NCBI GenBank assembly: GCA_965223855.1
Contig: CBDCXM010000009.1
Span: forward strand, 1,184,001-1,248,000
DNA length: 64,000 nucleotides
Source: Candidatus Multivoradales bacterium
Lineage (GTDB): Bacteria; Acidobacteriota; Thermoanaerobaculia; Multivoradales; JAHEKO01
Direction of reading: 5' to 3'
Part shown: in pieces, positions 19,516-29,138 of the stretch
Layout: the number at the start of each line of letters is the position of its first letter
Position numbering within the stretch: the first letter of the stretch is position 1
Notes under the pieces: generated by a model
The model's input: only the letters and a program-made list of their open reading frames with translations
Databases searched by the model: none
Told to the model about the DNA's origin: nothing
Translations under genes and position numbers: made by a program

Positions 19516-22239
19516 ATGAGCGACGAACGTCGGCCGACGCCGGCCGAGCGGCTCGCTCAGCGGGTCGCGGACGGTGGCGAGGTCGTCTGGGAGAACGAGC
19601 GTCGTCACTCGACGGACGATCGTCTCTCGGGCCTCGAGCTGTTGGAGGCGGTCGGTCGGGTCTTCAAGGGGGAGGCTGCCGGCGAACCGGTCCTCTTTGA
19701 ATGGGGGCCGCTGCAACTGCTCGAGAAGCTGGGGGAGGGTGCGTTCGGGGAGGTCTATCGGGCGCTCGATCCACAGCTCGGGCGACAGGTGGCGCTCAAG
19801 TTGCGGAAGGGCGACGACGGCGCATCGGAGAGCGAAGAGTGGCTGGAGGAGGCACGACGGTTGGCGCGCATTCGCCACCGCAACGTGTTGACCGTCCACG
19901 GGGCCGGCAGCTTCGACGGACGCCAGGGGATCTGGTCGGATCTGATCGAGGGAGAGACGTTGCAGGCCCGGCAGCTTCGGGACGGGCCGATGGGGGCGGG
20001 AGAACTCGTAGCGGTCGGGTCGTCGCTGCTCCAGGCGCTGGCGGCGATCCACGCCGCCGGCATGGTGCACGGCGACGTCAAGCCGTCGAACCTCGTACGC
20101 GAGGTTGGAGGTCGCCTGGTGCTGGTGGACCTCGGGGCCGGAGGATCGATCGGTGCGGCCGAGGCGGCGACCCGCGGGTCGCCGCAAACCGCCGCTCCCG
20201 AGCGGATCCGTGGTGAGCCCTCGTCTGCGCGGGCGGATCTCTACAGCGCCGGAGCGACGCTCTACCAGTTGGCAGCGGGGCGCCCGCCGATCGAGGCGGG
20301 CTCCCTCGGCGAGCTCGCTGAAACCGATCGGGCCGCGACGCCGCTACGCGACCTGAGGCCGGACCTTCCCGCGGAACTCGTCGACGTAATCGAGCAATCG
20401 CTTTCGTTCGCCCCGGGCGACCGCTTCGCTACGGCCGGCGAGATGGAGGCTCGCCTCCGACGCTCGGTGAGCGGCGGCCGCCGGAAGATGCCGTCCCACC
20501 GACGATCTGCGGCGCGCCATCTCACTCTGACCCTGGTCGCCCTCGCGGCCGTTGGCGCCGCGTGGTGGTGGAGCGCCGCACGCCGCCCGGTGGCACTCGG
20601 TCCGGCACACGGTGAGCTGGAGGTCACCCGTCTTCAGGCACAGGGGACAGCGGTGTTCGCGGCGATTTCGCCCGATGGACGCTACGTGAGCTATCTGTCC
20701 GACTTCGGTGAAAAGAGCGCGATACGGCTTCACCAGGTCGCGACCGGTTCCGACCTCGCGCTCGCCGAGTTCACCCGCCACCACCAGGTCAACTACATCG
20801 GCTTCACTCCCGATGGCGCTTACGTCCGCTACACCCTGGGGGAGTTGGGGCAGGCCAATCGTCTGTTCGAGGTGCCGGTCCTCGGAGGGCCGGCAAGCCG
20901 TCTCCTCGACGACGTGGTTCTCGGACTGACGTTCTCGCCCGACGGCTCCGAAGCGGTCTACGTCTCGGGCACGGAGATGGACCAGAGGTGGCAGAGGCTC
21001 GAGCGGGTGCGACTTGCCGACCGGGATCGGCGGACGATCCTGGAGGTCGAGGACGAGTGGGACATCGAGAACGCCGCCTGGTCCCCGAAAGGCGACCGAC
21101 TCGCTCTTTCCCTTTCCGACACCTCGGCGGATCGACTCATGCTGCTACCTGCGGAAGGGGGCGAGCTGGAACCGGTGGTCGGCGATCCGTTCTTCGCCAT
21201 TGGCGACCTGTGCTGGCTTCCGGACGGGCGGCGGATGATCGTCGTGGGTTCGGAAACCGAGCGGGACACCGTCCGACAGTCGTGGCTCGTCGATGTCGAG
21301 ACCGGCGATCGCCGACGACTGTTGCGCGACGTCTCGAACAGCTTCGGCTGCTCGACGACAGCGGATGGCCGGCGGACGGTGCTGACGCGGCATCGGACCC
21401 AGTCGCGACTGTGGGTGACGGAGCTGGAGGAGGGGTCGAGGCCGTCGCTCGTGAACACGACGACCGGCTTCGACGACGGCGTCAGCGCGGTTGCCTGGAT
21501 AGACGACGATTGGGTCGCCTACGTCGCGCCGGATGGCGACACCTACAATCTCTGGCGAGTGCCGATCGACGGCGGGACCTCTGAGCGGCTGACGACCGGA
21601 GGGGCTGAGGCGGTGACGGCGAGTCGCGCCGGCTCGATCGCCTACGAAGCAGGATGGAGTCGAGACAACCGGCAGGGCATCTACCTGATGGAGTTCCCGT
21701 CGCGGGCTGCCCGGCGTCTTTCGCCCGATGGGGTCTATGCCGAGGTGCCGGCTCTCTCACCTGACGGCAGAACGGTGGCCTATTCGCTCCTCGGGGCCGA
21801 GAGGCTTCAGCTCGTGGTGCAGGCGGTCGATGGAGGCGAGCCGAGGGTGGTTTTCGACGGCCCCGCTCACGCAGCGACGTTCTCCCCCGACGGACTTTGG
21901 CTCGCTCTCCATGCCCTCCATCCCGAGGAACGAGTCTGGAAGACCGCGGTCTTCCCGGTAGACGGAAACGGCCCGACCGAGTGGCTCGACATTCACTCGG
22001 ACTCCATGTCCCCGTGGCTGTCGATGGAGACCGTCCTCGTCAGCAAGACCGTCGATCGCGTGGGGAACGTGCTGGCCGTCCCTCGCGACAACTCGGGACC
22101 GCGACCGATAACGGCATTCCAGGAGGGAATGGTCTTTTCCTTCGCCGTCTCGCCGACGGGAGATCGACTCGTCGTCGCGAGAGGCGACTGGGTGAGCGAT
22201 CTGCTGCTCTACGAAGGACACCTCCCGACCGTCGAGTAG
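19516..22239 (+). CDS. Membrane Ser/Thr kinase with C-terminal TolB/PD40 beta-propellers (copy 1)
   Basis: LGEGAFGEVY, VALK, HGDVKPSN, DLG, APE; a TM segment; repeated SPDG/WSP blades. Confidence 0.92.
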   Translation: MSDERRPTPAERLAQRVADGGEVVWENERRHSTDDRLSGLELLEAVGRVFKGEAAGEPVLFEWGPLQLLEKLGEGAFGEVYRALDPQLGRQVALKLRKGDDGASESEEWLEEARRLARIRHRNVLTVHGAGSFDGRQGIWSDLIEGETLQARQLRDGPMGAGELVAVGSSLLQALAAIHAAGMVHGDVKPSNLVREVGGRLVLVDLGAGGSIGAAEAATRGSPQTAAPERIRGEPSSARADLYSAGATLYQLAAGRPPIEAGSLGELAETDRAATPLRDLRPDLPAELVDVIEQSLSFAPGDRFATAGEMEARLRRSVSGGRRKMPSHRRSAARHLTLTLVALAAVGAAWWWSAARRPVALGPAHGELEVTRLQAQGTAVFAAISPDGRYVSYLSDFGEKSAIRLHQVATGSDLALAEFTRHHQVNYIGFTPDGAYVRYTLGELGQANRLFEVPVLGGPASRLLDDVVLGLTFSPDGSEAVYVSGTEMDQRWQRLERVRLADRDRRTILEVEDEWDIENAAWSPKGDRLALSLSDTSADRLMLLPAEGGELEPVVGDPFFAIGDLCWLPDGRRMIVVGSETERDTVRQSWLVDVETGDRRRLLRDVSNSFGCSTTADGRRTVLTRHRTQSRLWVTELEEGSRPSLVNTTTGFDDGVSAVAWIDDDWVAYVAPDGDTYNLWRVPIDGGTSERLTTGGAEAVTASRAGSIAYEAGWSRDNRQGIYLMEFPSRAARRLSPDGVYAEVPALSPDGRTVAYSLLGAERLQLVVQAVDGGEPRVVFDGPAHAATFSPDGLWLALHALHPEERVWKTAVFPVDGNGPTEWLDIHSDSMSPWLSMETVLVSKTVDRVGNVLAVPRDNSGPRPITAFQEGMVFSFAVSPTGDRLVVARGDWVSDLLLYEGHLPTVE

Positions 22240-22395
22240 ACGTCCCTGATCCCCCGCCTTCCCCGCGGTTCCGGCCCGCAGCGCTCTTGCCAGGTCCGTG
22301 CGGTCCTCGGAGCGAAGGCGTTTCATGGGGTGGCGATCGGCAGCGGATGCCGGTGCCTTCGACCGCAAGGAGGAGTTGTGAAGAAGAAAGCAGGA

Positions 22396-22884
22396 ATGCG
22401 AGTTGCTGCCACGGTTCTCGGGCTGATGTGCCTGGCCGGTTCGCTCGAGGCTGACTCGAGTTGCTCGTTGACGGTCGGGGGAGAGGAGTTGTCTTTCCCC
22501 CACGTCGTTGCCGTGGCCACGAAGAACTGGTTCGACGACAGTCTCGAGGACGTCGACGTCTACTGCTTCCGGGTGCCGGTCCCCGAGGACAAGCGCTCCT
22601 CCGAAGCGATCCTCTGGTTCGAGAACGACAACCACATCACGATCTCCATCGCCGCGCCCCAGATGCACGTCGGCGCGGTCAGGATTCACACCGAGGAGGT
22701 CAGCGCCTCGATCTCGGGGATCGGCTTCGGGGTCGACTTCGAAGGGAGCCGGAGCGGCGACAGGCTCTCCGGAACGATCTCCACCCCGGAACCGAAGTCG
22801 ACGCTGAGCGATGGCGAGCGTGGGCCCGAGTGGAAGCTCTCCGCGGAGCTCGATCTCCAGGTATGGCCTCAGATCGAGCGCTGA
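22396..22884 (+). CDS. Exported hypothetical protein (paralogue-like of 18237..18752)
   Basis: Signal peptide MRVAATVLGLMCLAGSLEA; C-terminal half resembles the 18237 protein. Confidence 0.7.
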   Translation: MRVAATVLGLMCLAGSLEADSSCSLTVGGEELSFPHVVAVATKNWFDDSLEDVDVYCFRVPVPEDKRSSEAILWFENDNHITISIAAPQMHVGAVRIHTEEVSASISGIGFGVDFEGSRSGDRLSGTISTPEPKSTLSDGERGPEWKLSAELDLQVWPQIER

Positions 22885-22969
22885 CGTCTCCTCGGCTCAG
22901 CACTGGGCCGCTCAGCGCTGGGCGCTCTTGTATGCTGGAACCGTCTGCAGGAGGACGGCGCAAGACGAG

Positions 22970-25570
22970 ATGGGTGGCAACCACCGGCACGACGCAGCTG
23001 CCGACACCGGCCTCCCCTTTGAGTGGGGTCCGCTCCAAGTTCTCGAGAAGCTGGGTGAAGGCAGCTTCGGAGAGGTCTATCGAGCGCGCGATCCCGCGCT
23101 CGGTCGAGAGGTCGCCCTCAAGCTCCTGCGCGGTGACGAGGCGACCGGGTCGACGGACGACTGGCTCGATGAGGCCAGGCGGCTGGCGAAAGTCCGACAC
23201 CCCAATGTGCTGACGGTGCACGGGGCCGGCACCTTCTCGGGCCTGGCCGGATTGTGGTCGGATTTGCTCGAGGGTGAGTCGCTCGAGGAGCGCCTGCTTG
23301 CAGATGGCCCTTTCGGCGAAGGGGAGGTCGTCGCCGTCGGCTGCGCGCTGTGCCGCGCTCTGGCCGCGCTTCATCGCGGCGGCCTGGTACACGGGGACAT
23401 CAAGACCTCCAACGTGATTCGCACGGAGGACGGTGAGTTCGTGCTGATCGACCTCGGCGCGTCCAGCGAGGTCGATCAGCCGTCGACGGTTTGGCGCCAG
23501 GGCTCGCCGGCGACGAGCGCTCCGGAGGTGCTTCGAGGCGAGGCTTCGACCTCATCGTCCGACCTCTACTCTCTCGGAGCTCTCCTCTACCGGCTGGCCT
23601 CCGGCGCGCCGGTCCTCCGGGCTCGGAGCCTCGAGGAGTTACTCGAGCGGGCGTTGTCCGGCGACATCGCGCCCCTCGTCGACCTGCGCCCCGATCTTTC
23701 TCCCTCGCTGACGTCCGTCATCGCCAGGGCGCTCAGCGCCGACCCGGGGGAGCGCTATCCGACTGCGGGCGCCATGGAGGCGGCCCTGGTGTCCGGGGGG
23801 CGTGTGCGTCGGCGAGGGCGTTCCTGGAGCTGGGCGGCGGCAGCCCTGGCGGCCTTGGGTGTCGTGGCGGGAGCTTCACGTTTCTGGTTCGCGCAGCCGG
23901 AGGGGGGAGCGCGTTCGGAGGGACGTGTCCGACGACTGGTGACTCAGGGGGACCCGGTAGTCGCGGCGATCTCTGCGGACGGCGAGTACGTGGCCTACAC
24001 CTCGTCCGAGGGGGGATTCCGCCTCGTCGGCGGCGGCAATTCGGTGCGCCTCCAGCAGATCGAGTCGGGTCGCGACATCGAGCTCGTGCCGGCGGTCGAC
24101 TTCGGGTTCTTCTTCGAGTCCCTCGCCTTCAGCCCGGACGGAGAGTACGTTCGCTACACGGTCGGTTCGACCGGCACAGCCAAGGCCGTCTGGCAGGTAC
24201 CGATCCTCGGAGGTGACGCGGAGTTGCTCGCCGAGGATGTTCTGGGTCGACCGACGTATTCGCCTGACGGCGGAAGTCTGGCCTTTGCGGCAGCCGAGGA
24301 GTTCACCGACCCGTGGATCCGGCTCGATGTCGTCGACCTCGAGCGAGGGGGGCGCCGAACCCTCCTCGAGTTGACCGACGGCGGCGAACTCGAGGAGGTG
24401 GCGTGGTCGCCTGACGGCAAGAGGATCGCCTTCGTCGTCTGGGACGGAGGCCGCGAACGCCTGCGGGTGGTCACTCCCGATGGGTCGGACTCACGAGCGG
24501 TGCCTTCCGTGTCGTTCCCCGACATCGAGGGTCTCTGCTGGGCTCCCGACGGTCGAGATCTGGTCGTTCTCGCAGGCTCGATCGACCCCTTCTCCATGCA
24601 CCCCTGGCTGGTCGATCACAGGACCGGGGAGCAGCGCCGGCTGTTGCGTGACTTTCATCGCTACTCCGGGTGTTCGCGAGACCGCACCGGTGCGGTGACG
24701 GCGATGATCAGGATCGAGGAGCGAGCACAGCTGTGGGTCGCCCCCGTCGGCAGCCCGGAGGGTGCGTACCCGGTCAGGACGACGACCGGGCGGTCCGACG
24801 GCAGCATTCGGGTAACCTGGGAGAACGACGACAGCCTCCTCTACGAGGCTCCCGGAGGGGAAGGCTGGTACTTGTGGCGAGTCCCAGCCACTGGTGGTCT
24901 CTCGACTCGCGTCGCGGCCGAGCCCGCGCGTGCTGCTGCGGTCGACGACTCAGGGCGGATCGTCTTCTATTCCGGTTGGACCTTCGACGACCGGGCCGGC
25001 ATCTACACGGTGCCCGGCAACGGCGGCCCGCCACGCCGTCTCTCGCCGCTGCACTCTTACGCCGAGCGACCGACGGTCTCGCGAGATGGTGAGTGGATCT
25101 TCTACGAGCTTTTCGACGGCGAGAGGTGGCACTTCGTGCGATCGGAGCGCAGCGGCGGCGAACCCATCGCCGTCAGCCGCAGGCAGTCGCATCTCGCCAG
25201 CTTCTCCCCCGACGGGCGACGCTTCGCGTTGCACGAGTTCGACCCGGTGATCGGCCGGTGGGGGACAGCGATCTATCCGTTCGACACAGACAGTCGCCAA
25301 GAGAGCGAGCCTACGAGATGGCTCGATCTTCACTCCGAGACCTACTCCCCCTGGGCCGACGACGGCTCGCTCTTCGTGTCCAGGATGATCGACGGAGTCG
25401 GCAACATCTACCGGGTGGACCTCGATGACCTGGAGGAGCAACAGGTCACGTTCTTTCGTGAAGGGGTCATCTTCTCCTTCGATCTCTCTCCGGACGGGAC
25501 GCGCCTGGCGGTCAGCAGGGGTTCCGTGATCAACGACCTGCTTCTGGTCGAGGGGCTGCTGGAGCGCTAG
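22970..25570 (+). CDS. Membrane Ser/Thr kinase with TolB/PD40 beta-propellers (copy 2)
   Basis: LGEGSFGEVY, VALK, HGDIKTSN, DLG, APE; TM segment; SPDG repeats; collinear with copy 1. Confidence 0.92.
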   Translation: MGGNHRHDAAADTGLPFEWGPLQVLEKLGEGSFGEVYRARDPALGREVALKLLRGDEATGSTDDWLDEARRLAKVRHPNVLTVHGAGTFSGLAGLWSDLLEGESLEERLLADGPFGEGEVVAVGCALCRALAALHRGGLVHGDIKTSNVIRTEDGEFVLIDLGASSEVDQPSTVWRQGSPATSAPEVLRGEASTSSSDLYSLGALLYRLASGAPVLRARSLEELLERALSGDIAPLVDLRPDLSPSLTSVIARALSADPGERYPTAGAMEAALVSGGRVRRRGRSWSWAAAALAALGVVAGASRFWFAQPEGGARSEGRVRRLVTQGDPVVAAISADGEYVAYTSSEGGFRLVGGGNSVRLQQIESGRDIELVPAVDFGFFFESLAFSPDGEYVRYTVGSTGTAKAVWQVPILGGDAELLAEDVLGRPTYSPDGGSLAFAAAEEFTDPWIRLDVVDLERGGRRTLLELTDGGELEEVAWSPDGKRIAFVVWDGGRERLRVVTPDGSDSRAVPSVSFPDIEGLCWAPDGRDLVVLAGSIDPFSMHPWLVDHRTGEQRRLLRDFHRYSGCSRDRTGAVTAMIRIEERAQLWVAPVGSPEGAYPVRTTTGRSDGSIRVTWENDDSLLYEAPGGEGWYLWRVPATGGLSTRVAAEPARAAAVDDSGRIVFYSGWTFDDRAGIYTVPGNGGPPRRLSPLHSYAERPTVSRDGEWIFYELFDGERWHFVRSERSGGEPIAVSRRQSHLASFSPDGRRFALHEFDPVIGRWGTAIYPFDTDSRQESEPTRWLDLHSETYSPWADDGSLFVSRMIDGVGNIYRVDLDDLEEQQVTFFREGVIFSFDLSPDGTRLAVSRGSVINDLLLVEGLLER

Positions 25571-25617
25571 CGGCGCGCTTCATGTGTGGCCGCGGATCGA
25601 GCGCTGAGAGACGGCAG

Positions 25618-26574
25618 CTACCGACCCGAGGAAGAGACGACGAGGCCTCCTTCCAGGACCTCGAACTCCTGCCACACAGACCACTTGCGCGCGCACTCGG
25701 GGTCGTAGGGCCGAACCCGCACCTGGAAGATGCCCGGGCCGGTGTTGGTGCGTGTCGCGGAGAGGACGATCGTCAGGGGGAAGTTGCGAGCGGCGGCGAC
25801 GGTGACCAGGCCCGGGAGCGGTGTGAATCTCCGCCCCTCCAGCTTCTCCCACTCGATCTCGACGAGCTCGGGCCGCGGGTCTCGATCGAGCTGTTGGAAG
25901 TCGAGCTGGAACGATGCGATCTCGCCGACCTTGTACTGCTCGTTCGCGGGTGGGGAGGAGACCATCAGCGCCGGGATCCGTTCCGGGGTGCAGACCTCCT
26001 CGGCGATCGGCGGTGGGAACGCCTCGACCGGCGGCAGCGCGGCCGGCTCCTGAGACGGGGCGCAATTCTCCTCTACCGGATGTTCGGCGAGATCGGCCTC
26101 GGAGAAGAGCAATCTCGCGACCGGCTTCGCCTCCTTCGCGGCATCGAGAAAGGCGATCGGCAGGGGTGAGATCGTCGTATGGAAGTCGGCGTCGCTGCAC
26201 GTCGCTGCGGCGTCGGTGAACGGGTCGAGATCGCAGGTGGCCGAGAACCAGATCTCTCCGGGCCCGACCTGGTACTGGTTGAGGATCGGGCGCACGGAGT
26301 AGGTTTCGCCGACGCTGCCGCCGTCGGCCTTCCAGCTGAGAGTGCCCTCGATGAAGTGCACGCCGTACGGGCTCTTGCAGTAGCCCTCGACCTGGTACGA
26401 GGACTTGAACCCCGGGCAGCGGTACGCCTCGATGACGTCGAACCCGCAGTAGTTGGAGACCGCTTCGATTCGCGAGAGATCGTGCCCCAGAAGGAGGCAC
26501 CCCTGCACGGTCAGGCCGAGAGCGCCGACAAGGACCGCGCCGGCGAGCCGAGGTGACGATCTCGAGAGATTCAT
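25618..26574 (-). CDS. Hypothetical Cys-rich lipoprotein
   Basis: MNLSRSS…GALGLTVQGC lipobox-like signal; Pro-rich linker between two domains; ATGA overlap with the upstream small gene. Confidence 0.65.
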   Translation of the reverse strand: MNLSRSSPRLAGAVLVGALGLTVQGCLLLGHDLSRIEAVSNYCGFDVIEAYRCPGFKSSYQVEGYCKSPYGVHFIEGTLSWKADGGSVGETYSVRPILNQYQVGPGEIWFSATCDLDPFTDAAATCSDADFHTTISPLPIAFLDAAKEAKPVARLLFSEADLAEHPVEENCAPSQEPAALPPVEAFPPPIAEEVCTPERIPALMVSSPPANEQYKVGEIASFQLDFQQLDRDPRPELVEIEWEKLEGRRFTPLPGLVTVAAARNFPLTIVLSATRTNTGPGIFQVRVRPYDPECARKWSVWQEFEVLEGGLVVSSSGR

Positions 26575-26870
26575 CCTTCGGTCGTCGACTCTGTCTCGAG
26601 CCGGACACCACCGGCCCACTTGAGACCGAAGTTCGTCAGCCAGGTGAGGATGAGCATGCCGACGAAGCCGACGAGCCCGTAGCCGATCGGCAGAAAGAGG
26701 ATCGCGCCGAAGCCGAGGATTCCTCCGAGGGCGCCGGCTTCGCCTCCGGCGGCCTGGCCGCCGACGAGCGCGAGGAGAGTCAGTAGCAAACCGGACACCA
26801 GGCCGACGAGAACGTAGGTGATGCCGACGACCTTGGCGACGGAGACAGGGTCAAAACGGGTGATACGCAT
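26571..26870 (-). CDS. Small two-TM membrane protein (DUF3566-like)
   Basis: ITRFDPVSVAKV…two hydrophobic helices…GGVRLE; AGGAG RBS. Confidence 0.7.
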   Translation of the reverse strand: MRITRFDPVSVAKVVGITYVLVGLVSGLLLTLLALVGGQAAGGEAGALGGILGFGAILFLPIGYGLVGFVGMLILTWLTNFGLKWAGGVRLETESTTEG

Positions 26871-26976
26871 GGGGGCTCCTTTCAGGCGGCTCGGCTCCAT
26901 GCCGAGCCCGGTTGTAGCGATGGACTTGTGGTGCTGCACTCAGAAGGGGAAACGCCGGCGCCGGCCCGAGCGCACG

Positions 26977-27714
26977 CTAGTCGTTGCCGAAGGCGGCCTC
27001 CCACCAGCGCGGCCGGATCCAGCCCAGGCTGAAGTGGAGCGTCTCGGTCAGGTAGGACCGACCGTCCTCCTCGATCCGGTAGTCGACGACGACGCTCCCT
27101 CTTCCCTGGGGAATCGTGAAGGCGGCGACCAGGCTCTCGCGTTGGTTCCAGTCGGCCGGAAACCACCGCTCGAGGTGGCGGTCGCTCGCGCGAGTCCAGA
27201 GCGGGTCGAGCCGTTGCCCGTCGACCCTCCACACCACGTCCGTCGGGTAGAGCACCCGCTGGTCGTGGAACGTGCGCGAGCTGTACGGGCGCGGTGGATC
27301 CTCGAAGCGCCACAGCACGGCCCAGACCTCTGGTGCGGCGAGCTTGCGGGCCTCCTCGAGGTCGATCGCTTTACAGCCACGACTGCGCCCCATCAGGTAG
27401 AGGCGCAGGTAGGGGGTCAGTAGCACCCCGTGCGCGTTCCGGGCGCCGGTTCGGGCGAGGTAGAGCGGGCCGGGGAAGTCGAAGTTCCCGTCCGCTCCGC
27501 GGTAGAGCTCGAAGCGCTCGGCTCGATCGCAGCCTCGATGGACGGCCTGGACGATGGCATCGTCGGTCCAGGGCTCTCCAGCGACGGCGGGGAGAGAGAC
27601 GGCCGCCAGGGCGACGAGCACCTGGACGGGATGCCACAGCGGCGACGAAGAAGCTGCACAGGCCTGCAAGGAAGGTCTCCTCTCGATTGCGAGGCGCCCC
27701 GTTGCGCCGCGCAT
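26977..27714 (-). CDS. Hypothetical exported protein (start uncertain)
   Basis: Protein-like composition after a signal-like VLVALAAVSLPAVA; Trp-rich; no family recognised. Confidence 0.55.
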   Translation of the reverse strand: MRGATGRLAIERRPSLQACAASSSPLWHPVQVLVALAAVSLPAVAGEPWTDDAIVQAVHRGCDRAERFELYRGADGNFDFPGPLYLARTGARNAHGVLLTPYLRLYLMGRSRGCKAIDLEEARKLAAPEVWAVLWRFEDPPRPYSSRTFHDQRVLYPTDVVWRVDGQRLDPLWTRASDRHLERWFPADWNQRESLVAAFTIPQGRGSVVVDYRIEEDGRSYLTETLHFSLGWIRPRWWEAAFGND

Positions 27715-27770
27715 ACAGAGAAACGCCGCGTCTGCCGCGCCCGCACGCAGAACCGGGCGGCTGCTGCCGG

Positions 27771-29138
27771 TCAGTCGTCGTGGCGGCGGGGAAGAACCCT
27801 CTGCAGGAGCAGGGCGGCCAGCCCGCCGGTGATCAGTCCGGCGCCGAAGATCTCCTGGGCCCATCCCGGTAGCTTTCCCAAAGCGTCGGGCCGCAGCTCG
27901 ATGCCGAGACCGAGACCGATCGACACCGCCATGATCACGAGCGTTCGTTGATTCCACGCCTCACCCTCGTGCACCATCCGCGCGCCGCTGGTGAAGATCA
28001 TGGCAAACAGCACCAGTCCGGCGCCGCCGATCACCGACGCCGGGATCGCGGCAAAGAGCGCACCGAACTTGGGGACGAGCCCCATCAGGCAGAGCAGCCC
28101 TCCGGTGACGGCGGTGACGTGGCGGCTCGCCACGCCGGTGAAATTCACGAGGCCGACGTTCTGCGAGTAGGAGGTGTTGGGAAAGGCGCTCCAGACGGCG
28201 GCCAGTGCGCTCATGACGCCGTCGGCCAGGAGGCCCCCTCGAAGCTCCCGAGTGGTCGGCTCGCGACCCGCGACGGCCAGTGTGCCGGCGATGTCGCCGA
28301 GTGTCTCCATCGTCGAGACGACGTAGAGGAAGGCGACGACCACGATCGGCTGCCAGTGGAACTCGAGGCCGAAAGTCAGCGGGCGCGGCAGAGACCACCA
28401 GTCGGCTTCGGTCACAGCGCCGAGATCGAAACGGCCGAGGGCCAGTGCCACGCCGCAGCCGAGAGCGATGGCGAGGAAGATGCTGCCGTAGCTGGCGAAG
28501 CCGCGGCCCCACTGCTGGAGAGCGACGGCGGCGACCAGGACGAGCGCGGCGACGCCCAGGTGGAGTGGGTCGCCGTAGTCGGCGGCACCGATGCCGCCCG
28601 CCGCGAAGTCGACCCCCACCGGGATCAGGGTGAGCCCGATCAGCATGACGACGATGCCGTTGACCAGCGGCGGGAACCAGTGGCGCACCCGCTTCAGACC
28701 GAGTCCCAGCACGACCTCGACGCTCGCCGCAGCCAGACAGGCGCCGAAGACCGTCGGCAGCCCGTACTGCCGGCCGACGGCGATCAGCGCGCCGGCGAAG
28801 GCGACGGAGGTTCCCATGACGATCGGGATCCGTCCGCCGATCGGACCTACGGGAAAAGCCTGGACGATCGTCGCCAGCCCTGCCATCACCAGCACCATCT
28901 GCACCAGCACCGCGGTGTCCGCAGGCGAGACGCCGATGCCGCGGGCGATGATCAGCGGCACCGCGACGTTCGACAGGATCATCGCCACCAGGTGCTGAAG
29001 GCCCAGTGGCAGCGCCTCCCGCAGAGGAGGCCGGTCGTCGAGGCCGTAGACGACTCGCGACGGCGAGGGAGAGTTGCTGGTGTCGATGGGGCCGATGTTA
29101 GCGGCGCGGCTGGAGGGCGGGTACCGGCCCGGCGTCAC
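27771..29138 (-). CDS. NCS2 family xanthine/uracil permease (start uncertain)
   Basis: LGLQH, PIVMGTS, ETLGD, GLLADG, NAT-signature-like NTSYSQNVGLVNFTG, PASVIGG. Confidence 0.93.
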   Translation of the reverse strand: MTPGRYPPSSRAANIGPIDTSNSPSPSRVVYGLDDRPPLREALPLGLQHLVAMILSNVAVPLIIARGIGVSPADTAVLVQMVLVMAGLATIVQAFPVGPIGGRIPIVMGTSVAFAGALIAVGRQYGLPTVFGACLAAASVEVVLGLGLKRVRHWFPPLVNGIVVMLIGLTLIPVGVDFAAGGIGAADYGDPLHLGVAALVLVAAVALQQWGRGFASYGSIFLAIALGCGVALALGRFDLGAVTEADWWSLPRPLTFGLEFHWQPIVVVAFLYVVSTMETLGDIAGTLAVAGREPTTRELRGGLLADGVMSALAAVWSAFPNTSYSQNVGLVNFTGVASRHVTAVTGGLLCLMGLVPKFGALFAAIPASVIGGAGLVLFAMIFTSGARMVHEGEAWNQRTLVIMAVSIGLGLGIELRPDALGKLPGWAQEIFGAGLITGGLAALLLQRVLPRRHDD

